From Fistulifera solaris (Eukaryota): a DNA stretch of 64,000 bases. The stretch spans positions 62,001-126,000 of the forward strand of contig AP026141.1 in assembly GCA_030295235.1 (NCBI GenBank), written 5' to 3'. Shown piece after piece: positions 12,729-24,165 of the stretch; within the stretch, counting starts at the first letter, position 1, and every line of letters starts with the position of its first letter. A program made the position numbers and the translations under genes. Under the pieces are notes generated by a model that saw only the letters and a list, made by a program, of their open reading frames with translations, ran no database searches and was not told the origin of the DNA.

Positions 12729-12977
12729 TTTCCACCCTACTGTACTTGTACGGGGAACGAAAAGCTGGGCATCGGCATGTGGCATGTTATTATTTTCGTC
12801 GTCGCTTTCTTCGCCTTTTCATCTCGCTTTATTTATTTTTACCAGTATCGGCAATCATTAATTTATAATAAAGATCAATACAAAGAAGTATAATATGAAG
12901 GGGAACTATTCTGTGTCATGTCGTCCTGCACGCCGCGCCTTTCCTTTATGACGCCTATTAAAGGGAATGTTCGGTTG

Positions 12978-14560
12978 CTATTCCTCGTTTTCTGCTTCGG
13001 AGGCAGGCACACCGTACGTTTCCAAGAAAGCTAATGCATTTGTCATTGCTACAGGAGACACACCCGATACCGTTTCCATCTGATCTGGGTTGCGATGTGC
13101 TCGAGAGACCAGAATGGGAACTCGGCAGAACACAGATTTCTTCGTGTTGATAAAATCTCGACTTATACCGACACGAATTTCCAACGTGTAACTCCACCGG
13201 AGGCATGGGTACCAATCTTTCGTAAAAGGCTGCGGAATGCCTCCATTAAAGCTCGGGCATATCAAAGGAATTTGAACCTGTTCGATGCCGTCAAGGTCTT
13301 GGATCGAAAAGTGCTTTGGGCTGGAATCGTTGACTGGAACAGATCAATGTAGTGAGAAAGAGTGAAATGCTTGAAGGTCGTTTCCCCTATACTTTTCATG
13401 CAAAAGACAAGTTGCGTCAAGACCACAAAGAAAGGCAGAGGCTTGTCCGAATCATTCACAATCTCACCAGCAATACGAACTGCTTCGTCCGGGGCATACA
13501 CAAGCCGCTCTAAGTGCAGCTTCGTGGAGATTAAACCCGACGATTTGCAACAATACCAACCGCAGTAGCAGTAGTTATAGATGGGCTGATCCATTGTTTC
13601 AATTCGAGCTGGTGTCCAGAGAGAAACGTGGGGTGGGAGCAGCCTGGGGGTCACGTATATGATGATTTCGGCTTTGGGATCTCTCCAGTTGGTGGTGTAG
13701 ATTCGAGCTCGCAAACTGTATTGAACTTGGCATTTGTGCGGAGACAATTGTGGGAACTCCGCTGACCCTGGTGCATCGGCACGAAGTGCGAAGGCGAATG
13801 GTGCAGTCACCGCCTCGTCAGGCAAATGGATCATTTTGCCTGGCGTCACGGCCTTCGCTAGGCGGTAAGCTTTCACACACACATCATTCTGAGTCAACCA
13901 AGCCTTCGACAACCCTGTTGCTTCATGCACTCGCAAGATCAAACAAAGCGGCTTCAACCATAGCGAACTGATCGATGCATCCGCTTGACTTTTCATAGGA
14001 AAGTCAGCTTGCTCTTGCATAGGATACACTTCGTCGTAAGGGAGAATCCTGGCCGATAAGGTTATAGATGCACATCGGTTCTTGTTTCTACCGTTCTTCG
14101 TCAGCTGAAAGGTCTCTTTGGTTCCTAAACTCACAAGATTAGAAACGTTCAAAAGTATTTCACCCAAAATCATTTCTTGGGTTCCCCGATCGCGTCCGCT
14201 TACCCGGACAACCAATGGGAAATGGTGTTCTTCCGACAAGTCGCATGGAATACGAAGGATGCCCGAGTTGGGGACTTTATCAAAATAGGCATCTCTACCA
14301 GAGTCTTCTAAATAGGTAGTACGAGAGATCGGAGCATGCAATGTTTCACATTGCGCTTGAAGTATCGTCTTTGCTCTAAATTCCTGACGATCATCGCCCG
14401 AGCCTTCGTACCAATGAACACGCGAACTGGCGTCGAAGGTCAAGAAGGCTCCCTTGCACTTCAGTCCAGGCGCTTGAATTGTGACTGTGCCTCGAACGAC
14501 TTCTCCTGCGAAATACGCTCCATTGGGTCTTTCCAGATCAAAACGGATGAGCGGACGCAT
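12978..14560 (-). CDS. Arrestin-domain protein with inserted degenerate permuted C2 domain; shorter paralog, frameshifted near 13280
   Basis: MRPLIRFDLERPNGAYFAGEVVRG start, PFAFALRADAPGS, and an arrestin-C segment KLHLERLVYAPDE. Collinear with 15392-17516 but lacks its C-terminal domain. Confidence 0.8.
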
Positions 14561-15391
14561 GTTGTCGTGCGACGTCCACAAAATTGTGAGCCTCGGAAAG
14601 ATTTTCTCGATCTTTTGTTCTGAGTTCTAAGCCGAGTCGTGATTCGTGAAGTCATCGGCAATCGGAACACTCGGAAGCCGGCTGACGAATGAATACCAGG
14701 TACCGGTAGTCTACTACCAGTACCGGTACTTCGGATTTTCACAATTCGATCCGTGACAACAATCAACAATACAGTACGGGTTTTTGTACACGATGTACCA
14801 CTGTGTCGAAAAAAAAAGCAAAAACGATTTTTGGGTTCACAATTCTCAATTCGCGATGCTAATGCAACAATTCATTCTAAATTCGAAATGCAAATGCAAC
14901 ATATTCCGATCCATCGTTATTATTCGCCAAAGCTCGTGGTGCGTGAATAGAAAAGATGAGGGAGGACCTAAATGCCGGAACTTGTCGAGTTACTTTTTCT
15001 TGGGTAATGATTCCATTCGATGGCGTGGAGCCGTTAAGTCGATTTCTGTGACAGTGCGTTGTATTTCAGCTCCCGGATGAGTCCCGACTCTTGATTCGTT
15101 GCTTACTGAAATACATTGTCAGCTGTGGCATGCTTTCATCGTCATCACGTTTTTGCTTGCTAGGGGCCACAATTGAAAGAAATCATGCTTGGTTAAATTA
15201 GTGAACAACCAAAAGCAACTGATGATCAACTCTTTAGTGCGCTAAAGAAAACAATTGTTATGCCTACATGTTTTTTATTTCAGACTACAACAAGTAACGA
15301 AAAAGCTACGAGAAGCGCTTGTTTGACAATAATACACGAAACTCTATGCTGGTTAAAGAGCACCCACATCGCACATAGCATAAACCTGAAA

Positions 15392-17516
15392 TTACAGGAA
15401 TTTCGATGAAACCTCCTCGCGCTCAAAGAGAAAGTCAATGTGCTCCAGAACGACTTCTTTGTTTTCCGGGTCATTTACGTGCGGAGCCATGAGTTTCGCA
15501 ACATCTGCTTTTTGGAAGGAACATGACTCCATCGTGGCCACAACATGGGCACAGGTGAGCTTCCTGGTGCCTTGAAACGCTACGACTAGTTCGCCCACTA
15601 CAGCATTCTTGTCCAAAGAAAAAGTCACTTTATCCAGAATTTGGGTAAAGTCATTTGGAGAAAGGTTTTGTGCCTGCGCGGGGTATTTGCGAACCCACTG
15701 TCCGACAGTGCGCTGTTTCTCAAACGAATCATCCATTTCCTTCAACAAGTCGTCCACGATTGAGTCGTGGTTGGATTCTGCTGTTTCCGTGAACACTGTT
15801 GGTACATACGGCGAAGCGCCAGAAAATGTGTGAACCACTGGATCATAACTCAATAAGCTTCCGTCGACGTTGTTCGCATCTTCACTCGCGTCGTATGCGC
15901 TGACCGTTCCGGTTTGCTCCGCGGCAATTGTGACGCCTCCGTCCTCGGGACCAGTAATCGTTGGTGCCGTGTCAATTCCTTGTAAATCCGTTACTGCGTA
16001 CGTTTCGAGAAAGTAGAAAGGATCTGTCAATTCAACCGGCGGCATCCTCAAAGCCGCCTCGATCTGATGCGCGTACGGAGCCGCCGAGCAGATTAAAATA
16101 GGAGCTCTAGCATGGACTTCGGTCATTCCGCAGCAACTGCCTAAGCCTCCGCCAGCGCACACTTCTAATGTATAGCTCCATTTAACACATGGATAAGCAG
16201 CGGCCGTATACGGACTCGGCATACCACCGTAAAAGCTTGGAAATACCGTGGGTATACCAACTTGATCGATACCAGGAAGCTCTTTCAAAGACATGAAGCT
16301 CTGAGCCGGTACGGTGGATTGTAATAAGGTGAAGTAACGATCCTCTCTCGTTTGAGCTCCTCCTGCCGTTCTCATGAGCACAATCAACGTCAAGACAACA
16401 GAGAAAGGCAACGCTTTGTTCGAATCGTTTGTGACTTCACCCGCAAGACGAATAGTTTCTCCCGGCGCATACGCGAGACGCTCTAAATGCAGTTTGGCGG
16501 AGACCAAACCCGATAATTGCAACACCTCAATCCGCAGTAGGAGCAGTCGTAGATTGGTTGATCCAGTGCTTCAACTCGAGCGGGAGCCAAGAGTGCCAGC
16601 TGAGGTAACGGTCGATTGGGAATAACTTGCAATATCCGTTTGACACTTGGATCTCGCCAGTTGGCCGTGTCGATGTAGGCCCGCAAACTGTATCGGACAT
16701 GACATTGGTCTCCCACTCTAGGAAATTCCGCAGAGCCCGGTGCATCGGCAAGAATTTGAAACGCAAATGGCATTATCAGCTCTTCGTCTGGTATTTCAAT
16801 CATTCTGTCAGGTTTGGGAAGAGCTTTGGTGATGTCGGCTTGCCCATCCGGCGGCCGGTAAACCTGTACATAGACGTCGTTCTTTCCGAAGTAATCACCC
16901 CTTCGCAATCCGACGGCTTCATGAACTCGCAAGACCAAGCACAAAGGTTTCTTGACCACCATACTGACATTCACACCCGATCGACTGCGTGTCGGAAAGA
17001 CCGCCTCGTACGGAAGAAATTTAGCGGATAGCGTAATGAATGAATCCTCGTTTTTTCCGTTCCTCATCATTTGAAATGTTTCCTTTACGCCCGAATTCAC
17101 CAGTTGCGGCACATCTAACAATATTTCACCTAATAAATCATCTCGTTTACCCCAATCGTAATCATTGACACGTACGATGAGAATCAAATTGTGTTCGTCT
17201 GACAAATCGCAGGGAATGTAAAGGACACCCGAATCGGCAACTCGATCGAAGCATGCATTCTCTCCGGCTTCATCTAATACACCTGTACGGAAATAGTTCC
17301 CAAACAACGTATGCCGCTGCTCTTGAAACGTTGTATTGCCGTCGAAATCCGATCGGTTATCTCCCGAGCCCGTGTGCCAGTGCACATGCGAAAAACCTTT
17401 GAAGCGCCTCGGCATCTTTGTCGCGGCGCTTGGATGGCCACCGTCCCTCGTACGACTTCTCCAGCGTAATAGACTCCATCGGGTCGTTCTAATTCGATGT
17501 TAATGTGCGGGCTCAT
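15392..17516 (-). CDS. Arrestin-domain protein with inserted permuted C2 domain and C-terminal DUF4476-like helical region (frameshifts at ~17400 and ~16520)
   Basis: Arrestin-N start YYAGEVVRG. C2 motifs VRVNDYDWGKRDDLLG and LRVHEAVGLRRGDYFGKNDVYV. Arrestin-C segment HLERLAYAPGETI. The tail LTCAHV...LMAPHVNDPENKEVVLEHIDFLFERE resembles DUF4476. Confidence 0.82.
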
Positions 17517-17822
17517 GGATTTGAAAGTCAATGACTTGGAAAATATAGGACTTTCAAATGATCGTTTCCATGCAGCCAGCTTTGCCTTTCGTTTTTTCTT
17601 CCGAATGGAGTTTTTCAAAAACGAGGTATCGTACCGGTACTTATGCGATACGACGGACCGACAAATGCGGACTAAGGAGTCCGTTCGGATAGGGCCTGTT
17701 TTTTTGAATTCAGAAGAATGTGAAACGCTCAACGCAACTCATTGAGCATTACCTGGTACGACCTTTTTATCATACTCGTGAACGTGAGAAATAACTGGGA
17801 GACATAGACTTCGCTGCCACTC

Positions 17823-18135
17823 GCCCACATTTTCTGGGTACGTCAAAACAACACACCCCCACATTTTCTGGGTACGTCAAAACAAAACACCCCCACATTT
17901 TCTGGGTACGTGAAAACAACACACGCCCACATTTTCTGGGTAAGTGAAAACAAAACACCCCCACATTTTCTGGGTACGTGAAAACAACACACGCCCACAT
18001 TTTCTGGGAAAGTGAAAACAATACTACCCCACATTTTCTGGGTAAGTGAAAACAAGACTACCCCACATTTTCTGGGTACGTGAAAACAACACATCCCCAC
18101 ATTTTCTGGGTATGTGAAAGAAGACTCGCCCATAT
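17823..18135. repeat. 34-bp minisatellite, ~9 copies
   Basis: Unit approximately CCCACATTTTCTGGGTACGTGAAAACAACACACC. ACATTTTCTG recurs at 17827, 17861, 17895, 17929 and onward to 18099 at an exact 34-nt pitch. Confidence 0.95.
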
Positions 18136-18242
18136 TTGCTGCCAGGTTTCACGTTTCACGGACATTTCTAGGATGGCACGGTTTGTGCGTCACATACCTC
18201 TCATTTTTCTCGATCCAAAGTAGTCTCGTTACGTTTCAATAG

Positions 18243-19151
18243 TTAAATGGGACAAGATAAACGAGGATTCGTACGATCTGTTGCAGTTTCCGCAACCACT
18301 TCAATGACATGCTGCACATGAACAAGAGCACCCGCGTAGGCTTCGCACAGAATGCTTTCGGGCACTTGAAAGGATGCTATTGTAGGTTCGCCTGCCGTTT
18401 TACTCCTGGCCTTCCACGCAGATAAGTCCCTAGTATTCACTTGCGTACTCGCCGAAATTCGCTGAGTTTCCACGATCTGAAAAGATGGATGTATCAAAGT
18501 CACCGATTCGATCAATCGCACTACGAAATCTTTGATATCGACGTCACTTTGATTTTGTCCCACAATCGATGCACTCACACAATTGCCAGTAGTCACATTC
18601 AATGTACATGACCATCCCAAGTGAATCTGTCCCCGTGAAACGAGCAGGTTCGTGGAAATGGGGAACCCATGCGGCATCATGACAACGAGTTGACCATGCC
18701 TCTTTGTATGTTTTTCTTCTTCCGTTCGTACCGTCAATACTTTGGTTGATTTCCACTTCACGACAGATCGTGAAGTGATGACAGCTGCCGAGAGTGTGTA
18801 AACAATTCCGACTGTCGCGTCGGGCTCGGTCACCTGCCAACTGCCCGGGAGGCCTGACGGTAGAGACACTTCAAAGTCGTATGAATGGACACCCGAATAC
18901 GCTAGCGGTGTACGAAACTCCTGTATGATTTGAGGATATTTGAGAAAGGTCTCTTCATGAATCGATCAGTTGTAGGAAACTCGCTCTCGACCGTGAAAGT
19001 CAAGTTGGAAACGATACAGATCCGCCGCGTCGTCTTTGCCCGTCAACGTCCATTCGACAGTTCCTTGTATCATTCGTTCTGTCGTAACCGCATCGTCGGC
19101 TAAGTGGATGGATAGTTGAGACTGATGGCTAGAATTGCTGTGAATAATCAT
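18243..19151 (-). CDS. Divergent arrestin-fold protein (frameshifted, possibly a pseudogene)
   Basis: LDFHGRERV, HSYDFEVSLPSGLPGSW and IVYTLSA resemble arrestin-N. SIVGQNQSDVDIK and VHVQHVIEV resemble arrestin-C. A stop or frameshift lies near 18965. Confidence 0.6.
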
Positions 19152-19553
19152 GTTGGTTCGATAGAATATGGAGTCGAATCATCAATCATCAAGCGAATTA
19201 ACCGTCCTCATTCGGAAAAGTGGTGCGACGTTTTTTCGTTTCAGTGCTTAGGGCCTCGCCAGCGTAACATCAGGCGCTCTAGGTTATCATGAAACGGTAT
19301 TGATTATTGATACTAATTGCTAAGTTCAACAGAATCAGCATAAGCACTAATTGTAACCTACAGCATTTAATTGATAACGTGATGATATAAGTCATGTAGA
19401 GCTTACTCTTGACAAGTCATTTTTGAAGACATTTTGAACTTATGCAACTCGGGTCTACGCTTTCATGTTCTCTTTACGACGATCAATTAACTATTATCAA
19501 AGTATCTCAGTTGTCTTTTAACAAATACTTCCTACCTCGACTTTTGGACTCGA

Positions 19554-20789
19554 TTATTCATACTTAAAAGTCGGTTCTTTGCCAGAAATATTCTGCGCGG
19601 CCACAATATTGCACAACTCCGCCATGCGCTTGGAGTAACCCGCTTCATTGTCGTACCATGCGTAGATTTTAACCAGCGTACCATCAATGACTTGTGTCGA
19701 CAAGGCGTCGATGATGGCGCTACGTGTATCGTTTGTGTAATCCGTTGAGACCAAAGGCAAGGTCTCGTAACCAAGAATTCCTTTCAAAGGACCACTTTCA
19801 CTGGCTTTCTTTAACGCCTCATTGACTTCTTCTCTCGTGACACTCTTTTTGACGACAAAGACACAATCCGTGAGACTCGCATTGAGCAACGGCACTCGCA
19901 CCGCGAGACCATTCAATTTCCCTTTGAGGTGAGGATAAATTTCCACAATCGCCGTAGCACTTCCCGTACTCGTGGGACACAAATTGACCATTCCACTCCG
20001 GGCACGACGCAAATCGCTTTTCTTCGTGTTGGGCATATCGACAATCGTTTGTGTACCCGTGACGTCCTGAAAATAGAGAGACAGTGTGAGAAACATTGAA
20101 GGGCATTGAGTGTCCGCATCGTCAAGCAAATACTCAATGTCAAGTTAAACCACTTACATGAATGGTAGTGATACACCCTTTATTGATCGTAGACGAAACA
20201 AGATAAGACGGTTAGAGTTGATCAGGCATGCACTCATGATAAAACGACCAAGTTACAACGCACCATGAACAATACCAAAGTTTTCTTCAATCACCTTGAC
20301 GACAGGAGCCAGACAGTTGGTAGTGCACGACGCATTCGTAACCAAATTTGTCTCTTTCGATAGTTTTTCATGATTGCAGCCCAACACAACATTCAACGCC
20401 CCATCTTCTTTGACCGGTGCACTGACGACGACTTGCTTAATGCCGCATTCATCGAAATAGGGCTGCAAGCTTTGCACCGTCAAAAATTTTCCTGTGCACT
20501 CCATCACCAATTCGACTCCCATACTTTTGAAATCGACCTTGGTAAAGTCTTTTTCTTGACTAAAGGTAACGGTTTTCCCATCGACGGTAAAACTCTGGCC
20601 ATCTTCGGCATGCGCGACTTGTTTGTTCCATGTGCCGTGTACACTGTCATATTTCGCCAAATAAGCGGCCGATTCGCAGCTGCAGAGATCGTTGACATGA
20701 ACGATTTCGAGTTCGGGGTCTTCCCACGCGTAGCGGAAACAGAGACGACCGATTCGTCCGAATCCGTTGACAGCGCACTTGACGGGCAT
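19554..20789 (-). CDS. GAPDH: Glyceraldehyde-3-phosphate dehydrogenase of the Gap3/ArsJ-associated type, 3 exons
   Basis: NGFGRIGR and [10 protein letters not shown] motifs. Exons 20789-20264, 20177-20158 (20-nt micro-exon GCITTIH) and 20066-19554. Subtype motifs [29 protein letters not shown] and [10 protein letters not shown]. Confidence 0.95.
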
Positions 20790-21352
20790 GTTACAAAGAA
20801 GAATAAACTAAGAGAAAGTTAGGAAATACCGCTCCTTCCGCACTGCAGCTAGTGCGTTTGTGTTGAGTAAATGAATAATGAGAAGAGGGCGTTGATGAAT
20901 GCATCTTGTTGGCAGGTTAGCATCGTCATCGTCTCTCATGGTGAATTTGTGGTCGAAGAAAGCAAAAGTGTCGGAAGTTTACATGGGGTTTGTTCTTTGC
21001 TCGCGAATCTTTAAGATTCTCGTTATCTGATTGACTCAAAAATTGTGGGGAACTCATAGTACTCCGGAGTATCTACGAAAGTGTTGGTTTACGCGACTCG
21101 TGACTAAAGTAGTCGTGGAGAAACTCCGCTTACACATTGGTCTATAGTGGTGGGAATGAGCACACACCCGAAAAAATTCGACAACAGGTAACTTTAATAT
21201 TCAAGAATCGTTTTTGTTCCGTCCGCAGTTCACTCAATGATCATCGACTTCTATTTTGATCTCCGACAAGATTTTCAATCATTCGGAATTCCGAACTCAA
21301 GGTTCCATTTTCTTCGTCGTCTTGATCACCAAAAGAATGTCAACACGCTCTG

Positions 21353-23301
21353 CTATTTGGGGTTGTGAATCCGGATGTGCCTCCTCAATGCCTGACTGTC
21401 TTCGTTCTTGGCCGTGCCCCCAATAATGAAACTCTTTTTCCTCGTAGGACCTGACACCCAATCCAGCATGTCGTCTTCATCAGTCACGACAAACGAAGTT
21501 TCCGCTGTTTCATTCACCCAAAATGTAAACATTTCTCCTTTGCCTTTGATGGGTATCATGCCCCTCGGTTTTAATGGAAGTTCCGGCCACTGCGTCTGTA
21601 ACAACTCTGCAGCAGCCTGTGAGCAGTGAATGCGATTCTCTTCCAAATTGCTTTCCATTCGAGATGCTGTATTGACAGTATCTTCAAACAAACAGTATCG
21701 GGGAGTGCAATGACCCACGACATCAGCAACAACGGGGCCACAGTGAAAGCCGCTGTTAGTATCGACACTCAAAGCTGTTCGAAAGAAATACTTTGCGACA
21801 AAAACGTACCCATGACGGTGATAATGTTGGGATGCCTAAAACTAGCCAGGAATCACATCTCGCTGATAAATTCTTGTTTCATTTCATGGTATCGCTTGGT
21901 CAATTTCTTTTTCGAAAACCACGTTTATTGACCTCAGATATTTTCGGCATCAGGCGCCTTGGCGAAACACATGGTTTAATGAGTTCGGAAGACGGTTGAG
22001 TCTCGTCCAGATCAATTTCAAATCGATCATCTAAGATGCTAGTGCTGCTTGTCGATGACACAGAAGTCAGCCTATTTATTTTTGTTGTTCCGTTTTCTCA
22101 GCTTGTCTGAGGGAGGGATAACGCGCTTTACAACAACATTTGTCCCACGATACTCTGCCAGCAATACCAAGCCGTAGGTCCCGCGCCCGACAACCATAGG
22201 CGGGTCGGTGAAATGAAGATCTCTGCGATTGACTTTCCAGATGGCGTCACCCTTATTCAAATTGCGTTCACGTACGAGACATGCGCTCACAAAAGGAAGA
22301 CAGAAACGAATAGTACCGTTCCTGGTTGTGATAGTCGTCCGGACAGTTCGGTAGGCAATGACTGGAATCTTGCAAAACAAATCGGAAAATAGCGCGGCCT
22401 GGTATGGAGGCTTTCTGAGGTGCATTGTACGCCAACTGTAGATGCTGCGCTTGTGATAAATTGAAATAGGAATTTTCCCGGCGAAATCCAGAAATCCACC
22501 CCACAGTTCTTTTTGTTGCACCGTGTATTCGACTTGTAGTTATGATTCCAGCCAAATGCCTTCTTGAATTGCTTCGGAAAGCGGTTGTTTGACAAAAAGG
22601 GAGCACCCAAAAGATCACCGTTTCCATGACACGCCAGTTGATCTATATAGACAGTGGCATTGCTACGTGCTACGCCGTGGGGCATCAAACTCGAACCTCC
22701 AGCTGCGAATGCGATGTATGGGCAAATCCTCGTCCGTATCGTTCCATACGAACGTCAGTTCTTGCCAATCATCTGTATCCGTCAACTCTTCTTCCAGCAC
22801 GAATTGTTGCGTAAGTTCCTCTTCGGCACAATTGGTTGTGTTGACACATTCGGTATCATCGAACAAAAGTAAACGCATCAAAATGGCTTTTTCTTCGGCA
22901 TCTTGTACTTTGTACCAAAGTGACAAGGAATCAGAAGTGTAACAATTGTAAGGAGCTTTCGGAAGTACCCACATGAAAGCGCCTTTGGTCGATCGATTCC
23001 TTGCGACTGTCGCATTTGTACTTGATTCATTATCGTCTTGTTCTTCTTCGTCGAGCCCATCAATATCCTCGTCTTCTGTTATTGATGGGAAGAATTGCAA
23101 TTTTAACGATCCTTCACCAAACAGCGCCGTCGAATTCACCACTTCGAGCGTCCAATTGGCATCATACATCCAGTAATTAGAGAATTCTTCAAATGGTTCC
23201 ATGACAAACGAAATGCGCGTCGAATTGACGATGCGTTTTTGTGCATCGATGATACGCGACGACACGAGGACGAAAAGGAGCACAGCCAAGAAAAAGTTCA
23301 T
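21353..23301 (-). pseudogene. Degraded receptor-type guanylyl cyclase (signal peptide, ectodomain, kinase-homology start, cyclase C-terminal half)
   Basis: Signal peptide MNFFLAVLLFVLV. VGRGTYGLVLLAEYRGT is followed by no further kinase domain. GFHCGPVVADVVG..PRYCLFEDTVNTASRMESN has the conserved Gly changed to Glu and lacks the N-half of the cyclase. Several frame breaks. Confidence 0.7.
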
Positions 23302-24165
23302 CGCTCGCTTTTCGTGCTTGCTTTGTAAACTATGAATGAATCAATGGGAGGTATAGAATGCACTCGTTTTTGCCTGCTTGAATAGTGGATCGGTAATTAC
23401 TGATTGTGTTTGTTATTAGCGCGAGCGACTGTGTTGTCAAACATCAAACACTTCAAAATTCTTTCATGAGGACGAGAGCAAAAGTTACTGGTATGCGGAG
23501 AAAGACTTGGGACGGGAAGAATACCTGGTACCGTACTGTAAGATTATAGATTATAGATTGCCCATGGTACCTAAAATTGCACAGAGCAAAGAAGAAATAA
23601 AACTACAGTTTTATATCAAACTATCTTTCAAACGTGTGTACTATGTGTACGCGCAAGATGCAAGATATAAGCGAAAACGTACAGACTTTGATCGTTCGTG
23701 GTTCCTTTCTGATTTGAAATTTCAAAGTCGATTTTCTTAGTTCCAAGTTCTGGACGTGGACAGTGGACAACGGACATCGGACACGCGAGATAATTTTAGT
23801 ACTTATCACTTTATAGTAAAGTTGTCTGACATAATTATCTTATGGATCGGAATTCTATGACAAATGCGACACTGGACACCGATCACCGATCACCGATCGG
23901 ACATCGGTCTGAATTCTGGATACTTCACAGATTATACTTAATAGAGTTAAAGTTATTGTGTCACGCAAACGATGAACCCGAACTCTTTCGCCCCACCTCT
24001 GCTTAGTGTCACCATGATGCAAAGCAATGACAAGCGAAAGGAAAGGAAGATGAAGAGAATGAATTAGAAAGAAACAAAGAAAACGATAATAACGTCCTTT
24101 CTTCAGACAACAATCTATCACTGCTCTACACAGCAGCAGCTTTTTTATAGAACGGAAACGAACTT

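Noticed and set aside
12729..12745. CACCCTACTGTA as a transposon terminus enclosing satellite A
   Set aside because: I could not find a matching inverted copy at the left end of the array.
17823..18135. CRISPR-like regular repeat
   Set aside because: The intervening sequences are variants of one another rather than unique spacers. The pitch is only 34 nt, the context is eukaryotic and there are no cas genes.
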